From contig OZ024749.1 of NCBI GenBank assembly GCA_964016885.1, positions 5,022,001-5,086,000 of the forward strand: a DNA stretch of 64,000 nucleotides, read 5' to 3'. Positions 1-12,800 of this stretch are shown piece after piece. The notes under the pieces were generated by a model. It was not told the origin of the DNA, searched no databases, and saw nothing but the letters and a program-made list of their open reading frames with translations. Position 1 is the first letter of the stretch. Each line of letters opens with the position of its first letter. Both the position numbers and the translations under genes were made by a program. Source of the stretch: Eledone cirrhosa. Lineage: Eukaryota.

Positions 1-264
1 GGTTATAAGTACTTAGGGTTATGGGAAGTTGATAAAATAATTCCTTCTACTTTTGGCACAAGGCCAGCAATAATTCCAGTGAATTACTGGTACTTTATTT
101 TATCGACCCCCGTAAGTATGAAACGCCGAGGTTAACTTTGCCTTTCATCCTTACGGGGTCGATAAAATAAAGTACCAGTAATTCACTGGGATAATTGCTG
201 GCCTTGTGCCATAAAATAGAAAAAATATGTTATCAACTCCCCATAACCCTAAGTACTTATAACC
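1..264. repeat. Inverted (foldback) duplication spanning a SINE 3' half and LINE junction
   Basis: 1-~123 is an imperfect reverse complement of ~141-264 (ggttataagtacttagggttatggg... vs ...cccataaccctaagtacttataacc). It probably continues left of the window. Confidence 0.85.
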
Positions 265-1520
265 TTCCCTGATGGCAGCACCAATCCCATCAATGCTTTT
301 AATTTTGCCTCTGTTCAAGATTAACACACCACACTTATTTAATCTGAACTCCCTTCTGATATCAACACTTATTATATTACACCGTATTAATAAGGGAACC
401 AAGCTGGGATTCATTCTTACCTTAAAGCCTGAGGTCGTCCATGAATATTAAGTGGACGATTTTTTGCAGGCGATCTTTGAATTCATGCCCAGCCTTACAC
501 TCTCTTAGAAACTTAGTCATTGGTATCACCCACAGTACAAGCATCAATGGTGACAGGCTCTTCACTTGGAGTATACTTATCTATATTTCTTTCTATTGTT
601 CCTAAATGTCTTCCATATACTGTCAGTTCAGTCTTCCACTCTTTCATACTTTTCTTTAAGAATCGCTCAACATTTGATCCAATACCATATAACTTAATGC
701 ATTCCATAATCCAAGAGTGTAGAATCACGTCATAGGCTTTCCGGTAAACGGTCCATGCCACAATCAAGCTGGTTTTCAGCCTCTTTCTATTCTTAAGGAT
801 TGTTTTATCTATCAAAGGCTGGCCCTTTGTACCACTGCACTAACGCTTCCACCCTTTCTGCTCATTTGATAGAACTCCATTTTGTTCAGGATGCCCGTAC
901 ATTGATTCTACGATTATTACAGTCAATAATTTCTACATAAGTGGTAGGCATGTTATCAGACTGTAGTTGTCTACCACATTCCCCTTAGTGATATCTTTGT
1001 AGCACAAAAGTGTCCTCCCCTTTGTCGGTCACTTCGGTATGACTTGATCAGCATTTACCAATGTGTTGAATTGTTGAGTTATTTGTTCATGGCATTCACT
1101 AAATGTTTTGATCCAGTAGCCTTGAACTCCTATTCTAGAGACTTCCAGTTGCTCATCTTTTTCTGGCTTCCTTTAAGTCCCTAGCTGAAATGACTAATTC
1201 TGCCTGCTGTGGGCAAATTATTGTTTGTTTCATTATTATTATCATGCCTGTGAATATGTTCCTTTGTGGCTAGAGCTGAGCATCTGGAAACAATGTGGCT
1301 GATTGTGTCTTCCCTGACTCCATATATTCTACAGTGAGCTATTGTGATTTGTTTAATTATGTTCTTCTTGTAGTTTCTGGTGGGTAAACTTTGGTCTTGT
1401 GCTGCAATTAAAAATCCTTCAGCCTCAGTGCTTCGGATCTAGTTTTGTGTTTGCATCTCTACTTCCTTTCTATTTAGCTGTGTTGTGCATTGGCCATATA
1501 AGGATTTCTCTTGCCTTTAT
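222..1520 (-). mobile_element. Decayed Dong/R4-clade non-LTR retrotransposon fragment (RT region)
   Basis: Minus-strand ORF pieces AWTVYRKAYDVILHSWI and YKYLGL resemble the better-preserved RT at 26745-27812 (AWIDYKKAFDSLPHSWI, YKYLGV). Many stops and frameshifts. Confidence 0.85.
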
Positions 1521-1545
1521 TATTATCATTATTTTTAATATTCTG

Positions 1546-1746
1546 GGCGGTGGATTGGCGGTGGATTGGCAGTATCGGTAGAGGGTCGGACGCCATGCTT
1601 TCCAGCATAGTTACGTTCCTTTACGGTCTGAGTTCAAATCCAGCCGAGGTTGACTTTGCCTTTCATCCTTACGGGGTCGATAAAATAAAGTACCAGTAAT
1701 GCACTAGGTAATTGCTGGCCTTGTGCCTAAAGTAGAAACAATTATT
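1546..1746 (+). mobile_element. tRNA-derived SINE (family A)
   Basis: GGCGGTGGATTGGCAGTATCGG head (A-box-like, 11-bp head duplicated), GAGTTCAAATCC B-box, shared body ctttgcctttcatccttacggggtcgataaaataaagtaccag, (ATT)n tail. More than 10 copies in the window. Confidence 0.85.
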
Positions 1747-2325
1747 TTTAATATTCTCGTTTTTAATTCAGTTTCGTTCCATCCAGTGTATTACCGATTT
1801 TCCTATTGTTTTTAATGACTGTATCTCGGAGGACAAGGATTTTTAATGTATAAAGTATCGAGAATGATTGTTCTTTCTGCTTTAATTCAGTCGTTCTTAC
1901 AATAACTCTTTCTATTATAACGCAAACAGTTTTTATGGCTAGATTTACGTTTTATTCAAGAATATTAATATTTCAAAGCCCGCGCTCTCTTTTTATTTTC
2001 TCTCTTCTATCTCACCCACACATTTTCAGGCACCCACATATACATTCATACATACATATATACAAACACATTCGCACATACACATATATATATAAATACA
2101 TATACAAACATATACATATACATACATACACATACATATTCATACATATACATACATATACATATATATAAATACATTCATACATATACATACATACATA
2201 TATGCGTGCTTTCATATGTACATACGTATCTATTTATCTATGTTCACACGTACATATATACACATAAACGAAGCAACGTGCATATACATGCGAATTACTG
2301 TCACGTATAAGATAAACACATTAAA

Positions 2326-2328
<3 letters not shown>

Positions 2329-2393
<65 letters not shown>
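2329..2393. repeat. (ATT)n microsatellite
   Basis: Direct reading. Confidence 0.95.
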
Positions 2394-2399
<6 letters not shown>

Positions 2400-2772
2400 G
2401 TTTCGTTGTTGCTTTTATTGTTGTTGTTGTTATCGTTGTTGTTATTATGGTAATCATTATTATCAGCATTTAAATTATTATTATCATCATTTTTACTATC
2501 TTTATTATTAATATTGGTGTTATTGTTGTTACTGTTATTTCATCATCATCAGCAGCAACAGAGGAAACAGATTCATTATAGTTATTTGCCAGTTGGTATG
2601 TTTAAATATTTCTAACACACCTACTTGAGTAGCTTCACTTCGTTGACGTAATACCCACGGCGATTCCTATCAACGTTTATGACCGAGTTTGCAGTTACTT
2701 AAGAAGGATTTCTGTGAGTTTCTGTCTCACTCACACGAGATTGTATAATATTCTGAAGAATGAGGAGAGACA

Positions 2773-2831
2773 CATACACACATACACACACAAACGGATT
2801 TACGCTCACACATGTGTATGTATGTATATAT

Positions 2832-2862
<31 letters not shown>

Positions 2863-2891
2863 AATATGAATATACATGTATATATATATAA

Positions 2892-2938
<47 letters not shown>

Positions 2939-2973
2939 CATAAATAAATATATAAATATATATATATATATAC

Positions 2974-3014
<41 letters not shown>

Positions 3015-3022
3015 CATATTTT

Positions 3023-3053
<31 letters not shown>

Positions 3054-3112
3054 ATATATACATACATACACATGTGTGAGCGTAAATCCGTTTGTGTGTG
3101 TATGTGTGTATA
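2773..3112. repeat. Inverted repeat arms around a (TA)n-rich core
   Basis: cacaaacggatttacgctcacacatgtg (~2788-2816) vs cacatgtgtgagcgtaaatccgtttgtg (~3069-3096). Confidence 0.85.
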
Positions 3113-3158
3113 CAAATGTGGATTTTAGAATCCATATTCAATAAACAAACCAGGATTT

Positions 3159-3216
3159 TTCATTCTGAGGATTGAAAGCAAAACCTTTTGCTTTTAAGAA
3201 ACCACTGGTAAATGGA
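3159..3216 (+). ncRNA. Type I hammerhead ribozyme (GUA site)
   Basis: ttcatt-CTGAGGA-ttgaaagcaaaa/cc/ttttgcttttaa-GAAAC-cactg-GTA-aatgga. Helices I, II and III can all form. Confidence 0.75.
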
Positions 3217-3315
3217 TAATTGCCTTATGTTGTTTATTACATAATAATAATAATTAAGCTCTGTTGCTTACATAGAGCACTCTTTTTTCCTGGACTTTTC
3301 CGATGGAATTACTTC

Positions 3316-3382
<67 letters not shown>

Positions 3383-3383
3383 C

Positions 3384-3441
<58 letters not shown>

Positions 3442-3467
3442 GTATATATATATATATATATATATAC

Positions 3468-3552
<85 letters not shown>

Positions 3553-3553
3553 C

Positions 3554-3639
<86 letters not shown>

Positions 3640-3642
3640 GTA

Positions 3643-4872
3643 TATTTATTAAAATAACAGATTAAAGTTTAAGCAAAGAATAGCTGCTTTCACCCTTAAC
3701 GGGATCTTCTGAAACTAACAAAGTCAATCTGTAAACGCAGAACTGTATATTTCCAAAAACGTTGCAACCGGAGGAAGACAGGAAGACGATACTTTGGTTC
3801 GTGGAAACGTTCGCTGGCAAAGAACGGTGAAAAACAATTACGCGCAAAGACAGAATCACGTTTATGGTATAAAAGAGGTCGTAGACTAATGTTCTCTTAG
3901 GTGGTGCATAGAGACGTTCTCTGGCAATGAACGAAAAAACGAAGATAATAAGTCATATGTGGAGCGTGGAGAACAATAGCACGCAAAGACAAAACCACGT
4001 AAATGGTATAGCAAAAGTCGTAGACTAAAATTCTAACTAGGAGACCAAATGAATCTCCGCTACAGAGTTAAGAACAAAGTAAATAAATACAATACAGAAG
4101 TAATAGAAACAAATAAATACATACACGCAAACAGATACGTACATACACAAGCATCCGCAAAACCTTACCATAGGTATACAAAACCACGCACATATAAATA
4201 TGTGTGTGTGTGTGTATGGTCGTGTACAAATAAATAAATAATTATATAAACGTATATAAGTAAATAAATACGTATATAACAAGCGCACACACATACCTAC
4301 AAATAAATACACGAATGTTCGGAGACGTAAGTCAACTAAAACAAGAAGTACACATATACACACACCCACCATACGTACGAACCTGCATACTCACGCAGAC
4401 GCAAAACTCCCGTATACACATAGCCAAACCCTAAATACCAGAATATGTAAAACTTATACGCCATAACAGTCAAATATACGTACGAGAAGGTATACATGCC
4501 TTCACAAAACATTCGTGTAATATATACTTACCTATGCAAATAAGTAAAGGAATAAACAAAACATATACTTAGCTCCCGCATCAAGACGTAAAATATCCAC
4601 GTATAGATCGTGCTATCCGTTAGGGTATATCGTGGGGCTGTAGTACAGGAAAGTTTTGTGCAATTTATGTTTACAAGCCGAAATTGCCTCAGATTTTTTG
4701 TTTAAGATGTGGTCTGTGGCGTAGAGTATTTCCAGGGCCTCAGCGGCGCAGAGGTCACAAGGTCTTTTATTTCCGTAATACGATCTAGCTCTAGCTAGGA
4801 TCTCCCAGTGTAACTTATATTGGGTGTGGTTGTCTTTTAGACTCCAGATATAAGCTGAAAGTGACGTCATAT
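3643..4872 (-). mobile_element. Penelope-like element 3' fragment (GIY-YIG C-terminus plus 3' UTR/pLTR) in (TA)n
   Basis: Contains ORF 4613-4870. The UTR ends in AATAAA then (TA)n. A second copy of the UTR lies at 37928-38685. Confidence 0.8.
4613..4870 (-). pseudogene. C-terminal part of a Penelope-type GIY-YIG endonuclease
   Basis: [14 protein letters not shown]....Y....CDLC..E...I....LNKKSE....CKH matches the typical PLE endonuclease C-terminus pattern. 5' truncated. Confidence 0.8.
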
Positions 4873-4877
4873 TCCTT

Positions 4878-5002
<125 letters not shown>

Positions 5003-5335
5003 GTATATATATGTATGTATATATATATATATATATACATGGAGGGGGTATAATTTATATATATATTCATATTATACATACATTTGTATGTGTGCCTGTG
5101 TCTTCTATTGTGTGTGTAAGGCAGAGAGAGCGAGAGATGGAATAATGAATATATGTTGCTGTGAAAACAATGGATGTTATTAAAATACCCTATATATATT
5201 TTGCTGTTTTTTGTCTGAAAATTGTCTTGAAATTGTCAGACGACATTGCTTAACGGGCAATATTCAGGAAAATGTATGTATATAATTATGTGATGCATGG
5301 AATCTACATTGCCTCTGTATATACATAAATACATA

Positions 5336-5467
<132 letters not shown>

Positions 5468-5527
5468 CATACATACATACATATTTATTTTTTAAAAATA
5501 TATGTAAATATTTATTATATGTAGATA

Positions 5528-5643
<116 letters not shown>

Positions 5644-5662
5644 AGAGAAATATATCTATTCA

Positions 5663-5728
<66 letters not shown>

Positions 5729-6034
5729 TGATTCAGTGGATTTGTGCTTTACTGAGGAAACAAGCAATATTAGCATTTTATGGAATAGTAGAATATATTT
5801 ATTAAGAAGAATAGGTTTCACGTTGTGATTTTTATTGATTTATCTCAGTTATCTATGTTTCAAAGATGTCTGTAACAAGATCCATATTTATATCATAGAC
5901 AAGGCTCCCGCCCCAATCTACTCAAGACCTTTTACTGAAGCTTATTGAAGCCACATCAGAATCCATCTGTGAAGCGTTCGTAACTGCGTCTAATCAATAA
6001 AAAACCCAATATAAAACCTCGCTTTGTCCTTCTT

Positions 6035-6125
<91 letters not shown>

Positions 6126-6128
<3 letters not shown>

Positions 6129-6335
6129 AAAATGTTCAAGACCCCGGCGGCAGAGCTCAAGGCGTTTCGACGGCTTTTTCTGTCAAGAAATATTTTAGTC
6201 CAGAAATAGCCGTCGAAACGGCTTGAGCTCTGCCGTCGGGGTCTTGAAAATATTCGTATTACCCACTCTACTACCCTAAGTATTGAGTACTCTGGTTCGT
6301 CATGGTCCATCTGGTTCCTTACCACAACTCATTCG

Positions 6336-6374
<39 letters not shown>

Positions 6375-6478
6375 TATATATATATAACGAAGGAACCAGA
6401 TGGCCTATAAAGCATATATTTTTGTCCAGAATTAGCCGTCGAAACGGCTTCAGCTCAGCCGGCGGGGTCCTACTTGTT

Positions 6479-6480
<2 letters not shown>
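6126..6480. repeat. Palindromic dispersed repeat fragments in (TA)n (probable PLE pLTR tips); related copy at ~54490-54610
   Basis: 6137-6246 is a hairpin (aagaccccggcggcagagctcaag...cttgagctctgccgtcggggtctt). The motif gagctc(a/t)gccg(t/g)cggggtc recurs at ~6450 and ~54505. Confidence 0.65.
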
Positions 6481-6528
<48 letters not shown>

Positions 6529-6645
6529 CTGGTAGATAGTACTAGCAACTGGAAAGACCAACGGAAACATTGTTTCCTTGATCCGATTTTACGAAAGTCG
6601 ATCGATCCTTTTATATATATGTGTGTATATATATATATATATATT

Positions 6646-6689
<44 letters not shown>

Positions 6690-6778
6690 ACTATTGAGAG
6701 GTTATGAGCCCAATTTACTAGATTATTTTGCATAGCCACACAATGTTGATGCTTCTAACTTTCAAATACACGCATGCA

Positions 6779-6820
<42 letters not shown>

Positions 6821-6839
6821 CAAATAACGAAACGAAATT

Positions 6840-9800
6840 AAGCGTCAGTCATACAAAAGTGAGTTACAAACGAAGCGAAATTTAATTTCGTTTCGTTATT
6901 TGTTTTTATCGTCTCCGTTGAACCGGTACTTACTCACACTCTATGCAAATTAGTCTGCCCACTACTAATGTTCATAGAAAAAGCATATAACGATATGTGC
7001 TTTTACGATTCTCTAGAGAGGCCGGAAGATAGGTAAATATTGCTGATGAGTTGTAACAACAACGAAACTAGTTCAATATTCCTTGTCTGGCTTTCTGGAG
7101 AATAGAGGAAAGGTGTTTCCTCAAAAACCAGTATGACTCTAAAAACCGGTTTGTCTGTGTGTTTACATACAGAATAGCTGGCCACTCACAGTAAAGTGAC
7201 CAGTGAAAAAACTTTATAAAAAAAAAAAAACTTGGTACATCTACATATGTATACGTGTGTGTATTCATATACATACTAGTATTTCAGTATACATATATGG
7301 ATGTACATCTTTAACTTAATTGTTTAAGCGTCAGTCATACAAAAGTGAGTTACAAACGAAGCGAAATTTAATTTCGTTTCGTTATTTGTTTTTATCGTCT
7401 CCGTTGAACCGGTACTTACTCACACTCTATGCAAATTAGTCTGCCCACTACTAATGTTCATAGAAAAAGCATATAACGATATGTGCTTTTACGATTCTCT
7501 AGAGAGGCCGGAAGATAGGTAAATATTGCTGATGAGTTGTAACAACAACGAAACTAGTTCAATATTCCTTGTCTGGCTTTCTGGAGAATAGAGGAAAGGT
7601 GTTTCCTCAAAAACCAGTATGACTCTAAAAACCGGTTTGTCTGTGTGTTTACATACAGAATAGCTGGCCACTCACAGTAAAGTGACCAGTGAAAAAACTT
7701 TATAAAAAAAAAAAAAACTTGGTACATCTACATATGTATACGTGTGTGTATTCATATACATACTAGTATTTCAGTATACATATATGGATGTACATCTTTA
7801 ACTTAATTGTTTAAGCGTCAGTCATACAAAAGTGAGTTACAAACGAAGCGAAATTTAATTTCGTTTCGTTATTTGTTTTTATCGTCTCCGTTGAACCGGT
7901 ACTTACTCACACTCTATGCAAATTAGTCTGCCCACTACTAATGTTCATAGAAAAAGCATATAACGATATGTGCTTTTACGATTCTCTAGAGAGGCCGGAA
8001 GATAGGTAAATATTGCTGATGAGTTGTAACAACAACGAAACTAGTTCAATATTCCTTGTCTGGCTTTCTGGAGAATAGAGGAAAGGTGTTTCCTCAAAAA
8101 CCAGTATGACTCTAAAAACCGGTTTGTCTGTGTGTTTACATACAGAATAGCTGGCCACTCACAGTAAAGTGACCAGTGAAAAAACTTTATAAAAAAAAAA
8201 AAACTTGGTACATCTACATATGTATACGTGTGTGTATTCATATACATACTAGTATTTCAGTATACATATATGGATGTACATCTTTAACTTAATTGTTTAA
8301 GCGTCAGTCATACAAAAGTGAGTTACAAACGAAGCGAAATTTAATTTCGTTTCGTTATTTGTTTTTATCGTCTCCGTTGAACCGGTACTTACTCACACTC
8401 TATGCAAATTAGTCTGCCCACTACTAATGTTCATAGAAAAAGCATATAACGATATGTGCTTTTACGATTCTCTAGAGAGGCCGGAAGATAGGTAAATATT
8501 GCTGATGAGTTGTAACAACAACGAAACTAGTTCAATATTCCTTGTCTGGCTTTCTGGAGAATAGAGGAAAGGTGTTTCCTCAAAAACCAGTATGACTCTA
8601 AAAACCGGTTTGTCTGTGTGTTTACATACAGAATAGCTGGCCACTCACAGTAAAGTGACCAGTGAAAAAACTTTATAAAAAAAAAAAAACTTGGTACATC
8701 TACATATGTATACGTGTGTGTATTCATATACATACTAGTATTTCAGTATACATATATGGATGTACATCTTTAACTTAATTGTTTAAGCGTCAGTCATACA
8801 AAAGTGAGTTACAAACGAAGCGAAATTTAATTTCGTTTCGTTATTTGTTTTTATCGTCTCCGTTGAACCGGTACTTACTCACACTCTATGCAAATTAGTC
8901 TGCCCACTACTAATGTTCATAGAAAAAGCATATAATGATATGTGCTTTTACGATTCTCTAGAGAGGCCGGAAGATAGGTAAATATTGCTGATGAGTTGTA
9001 ACAACAACGAAACTAGTTCAATATTCCTTGTCTGGCTTTCTGGAGAATAGAGGAAAGGTGTTTCCTCAAAAACCAGTATGACTCTAAAAACCGGTTTGTC
9101 TGTGTGTTTACATACAGAATAGCTGGCCACTCACAGTAAAGTGACCAGTGAAAAAACTTTATAAAAAAAAAAAAACTTGGTACATCTACATATGTATACG
9201 TGTGTGTATTCATATACATACTAGTATTTCAGTATACATATATGGATGTACATCTTTAACTTAATTGTTTAAGCGTCAGTCATACAAAAGTGAGTTACAA
9301 ACGAAGCGAAATTTAATTTCGTTTCGTTATTTGTTTTTATCGTCTCCGTTGAACCGGTACTTACTCACACTCTATGCAAATTAGTCTGCCCACTACTAAT
9401 GTTCATAGAAAAAGCATATAACGATATGTGCTTTTACGATTCTCTAGAGAGGCCGGAAGATAGGTAAATATTGCTGATGAGTTGTAACAACAACGAAACT
9501 AGTTCAATATTCCTTGTCTGGCTTTCTGGAGAATAGAGGAAAGGTGTTTCCTCAAAAACCAGTATGACTCTAAAAACCGGTTTGTCTGTGTGTTTACATA
9601 CAGAATAGCTGGCCACTCACAGTAAAGTGACCAGTGAAAAAACTTTATAAAAAAAAAAAAACTTGGTACATCTACATATGTATACGTGTGTGTATTCATA
9701 TACATACTAGTATTTCAGTATACATATATGGATGTACATCTTTAACTTAATTGTTTAAGCGTCAGTCATACAAAAGTGAGTTACAAACGAAGCGAAATTT

Positions 9801-12800
9801 AATTTCGTTTCGTTATTTGTTTTTATCGTCTCCGTTGAACCGGTACTTACTCACACTCTATGCAAATTAGTCTGCCCACTACTAATGTTCATAGAAAAAG
9901 CATATAACGATATGTGCTTTTACGATTCTCTAGAGAGGCCGGAAGATAGGTAAATATTGCTGATGAGTTGTAACAACAACGAAACTAGTTCAATATTCCT
10001 TGTCTGGCTTTCTGGAGAATAGAGGAAAGGTGTTTCCTCAAAAACCAGTATGACTCTAAAAACCGGTTTGTCTGTGTGTTTACATACAGAATAGCTGGCC
10101 ACTCACAGTAAAGTGACCAGTGAAAAAACTTTATAAAAAAAAAAAAACTTGGTACATCTACATATGTATACGTGTGTGTATTCATATACATACTAGTATT
10201 TCAGTATACATATATGGATGTACATCTTTAACTTAATTGTTTAAGCGTCAGTCATACAAAAGTGAGTTACAAACGAAGCGAAATTTAATTTCGTTTCGTT
10301 ATTTGTTTTTATCGTCTCCGTTGAACCGGTACTTACTCACACTCTATGCAAATTAGTCTGCCCACTACTAATGTTCATAGAAAAAGCATATAACGATATG
10401 TGCTTTTACGATTCTCTAGAGAGGCCGGAAGATAGGTAAATATTGCTGATGAGTTGTAACAACAACGAAACTAGTTCAATATTCCTTGTCTGGCTTTCTG
10501 GAGAATAGAGGAAAGGTGTTTCCTCAAAAACCAGTATGACTCTAAAAACCGGTTTGTCTGTGTGTTTACATACAGAATAGCTGGCCACTCACAGTAAAGT
10601 GACCAGTGAAAAAACTTTATAAAAAAAAAAAAACTTGGTACATCTACATATGTATACGTGTGTGTATTCATATACATACTAGTATTTCAGTATACATATA
10701 TGGATGTACATCTTTAACTTAATTGTTTAAGCGTCAGTCATACAAAAGTGAGTTACAAACGAAGCGAAATTTAATTTCGTTTCGTTATTTGTTTTTATCG
10801 TCTCCGTTGAACCGGTACTTACTCACACTCTATGCAAATTAGTCTGCCCACTACTAATGTTCATAGAAAAAGCATATAACGATATGTGCTTTTACGATTC
10901 TCTAGAGAGGCCGGAAGATAGGTAAATATTGCTGATGAGTTGTAACAACAACGAAACTAGTTCAATATTCCTTGTCTGGCTTTCTGGAGAATAGAGGAAA
11001 GGTGTTTCCTCAAAAACCAGTATGACTCTAAAAACCGGTTTGTCTGTGTGTTTACATACAGAATAGCTGGCCACTCACAGTAAAGTGACCAGTGAAAAAA
11101 CTTTATAAAAAAAAAAAAACTTGGTACATCTACATATGTATACGTGTGTGTATTCATATACATACTAGTATTTCAGTATACATATATGGATGTACATCTT
11201 TAACTTAATTGTTTAAGCGTCAGTCATACAAAAGTGAGTTACAAACGAAGCGAAATTTAATTTCGTTTCGTTATTTGTTTTTATCGTCTCCGTTGAACCG
11301 GTACTTACTCACACTCTATGCAAATTAGTCTGCCCACTACTAATGTTCATAGAAAAAGCATATAACGATATGTGCTTTTACGATTCTCTAGAGAGGCCGG
11401 AAGATAGGTAAATATTGCTGATGAGTTGTAACAACAACGAAACTAGTTCAATATTCCTTGTCTGGCTTTCTGGAGAATAGAGGAAAGGTGTTTCCTCAAA
11501 AACCAGTATGACTCTAAAAACCGGTTTGTCTGTGTGTTTACATACAGAATAGCTGGCCACTCACAGTAAAGTGACCAGTGAAAAAACTTTATAAAAAAAA
11601 AAAAAACTTGGTACATCTACATATGTATACGTGTGTGTATTCATATACATACTAGTATTTCAGTATACATATATGGATGTACATCTTTAACTTAATTGTT
11701 TAAGCGTCAGTCATACAAAAGTGAGTTACAAACGAAGCGAAATTTAATTTCGTTTCGTTATTTGTTTTTATCGTCTCCGTTGAACCGGTACTTACTCACA
11801 CTCTATGCAAATTAGTCTGCCCACTACTAATGTTCATAGAAAAAGCATATAACGATATGTGCTTTTACGATTCTCTAGAGAGGCCGGAAGATAGGTAAAT
11901 ATTGCTGATGAGTTGTAACAACAACGAAACTAGTTCAATATTCCTTGTCTGGCTTTCTGGAGAATAGAGGAAAGGTGTTTCCTCAAAAACCAGTATGACT
12001 CTAAAAACCGGTTTGTCTGTGTGTTTACATACAGAATAGCTGGCCACTCACAGTAAAGTGACCAGTGAAAAAACTTTATAAAAAAAAAAAAACTTGGTAC
12101 ATCTACATATGTATACGTGTGTGTATTCATATACATACTAGTATTTCAGTATACATATATGGATGTACATCTTTAACTTAATTGTTTAAGCGTCAGTCAT
12201 ACAAAAGTGAGTTACAAACGAAGCGAAATTTAATTTCGTTTCGTTATTTGTTTTTATCGTCTCCGTTGAACCGGTACTTACTCACACTCTATGCAAATTA
12301 GTCTGCCCACTACTAATGTTCATAGAAAAAGCATATAACGATATGTGCTTTTACGATTCTCTAGAGAGGCCGGAAGATAGGTAAATATTGCTGATGAGTT
12401 GTAACAACAACGAAACTAGTTCAATATTCCTTGTCTGGCTTTCTGGAGAATAGAGGAAAGGTGTTTCCTCAAAAACCAGTATGACTCTAAAAACCGGTTT
12501 GTCTGTGTGTTTACATACAGAATAGCTGGCCACTCACAGTAAAGTGACCAGTGAAAAAACTTTATAAAAAAAAAAAAACTTGGTACATCTACATATGTAT
12601 ACGTGTGTGTATTCATATACATACTAGTATTTCAGTATACATATATGGATGTACATCTTTAACTTAATTGTTTAAGCGTCAGTCATACAAAAGTGAGTTA
12701 CAAACGAAGCGAAATTTAATTTCGTTTCGTTATTTGTTTTTATCGTCTCCGTTGAACCGGTACTTACTCACACTCTATGCAAATTAGTCTGCCCACTACT

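Noticed and set aside
3680-3716. Hammerhead in the GIY-YIG PLE tip (CAGAAGA-tccc/gggt-GAAAG)
   Set aside because: The core reads CAGAAGA in both copies and no helix I is evident, so it is not called as a ribozyme.
7043-7049. C/D snoRNA box C (TGATGA)
   Set aside because: No downstream CTGA box D with a terminal stem. The motif is fully explained as the hammerhead core.
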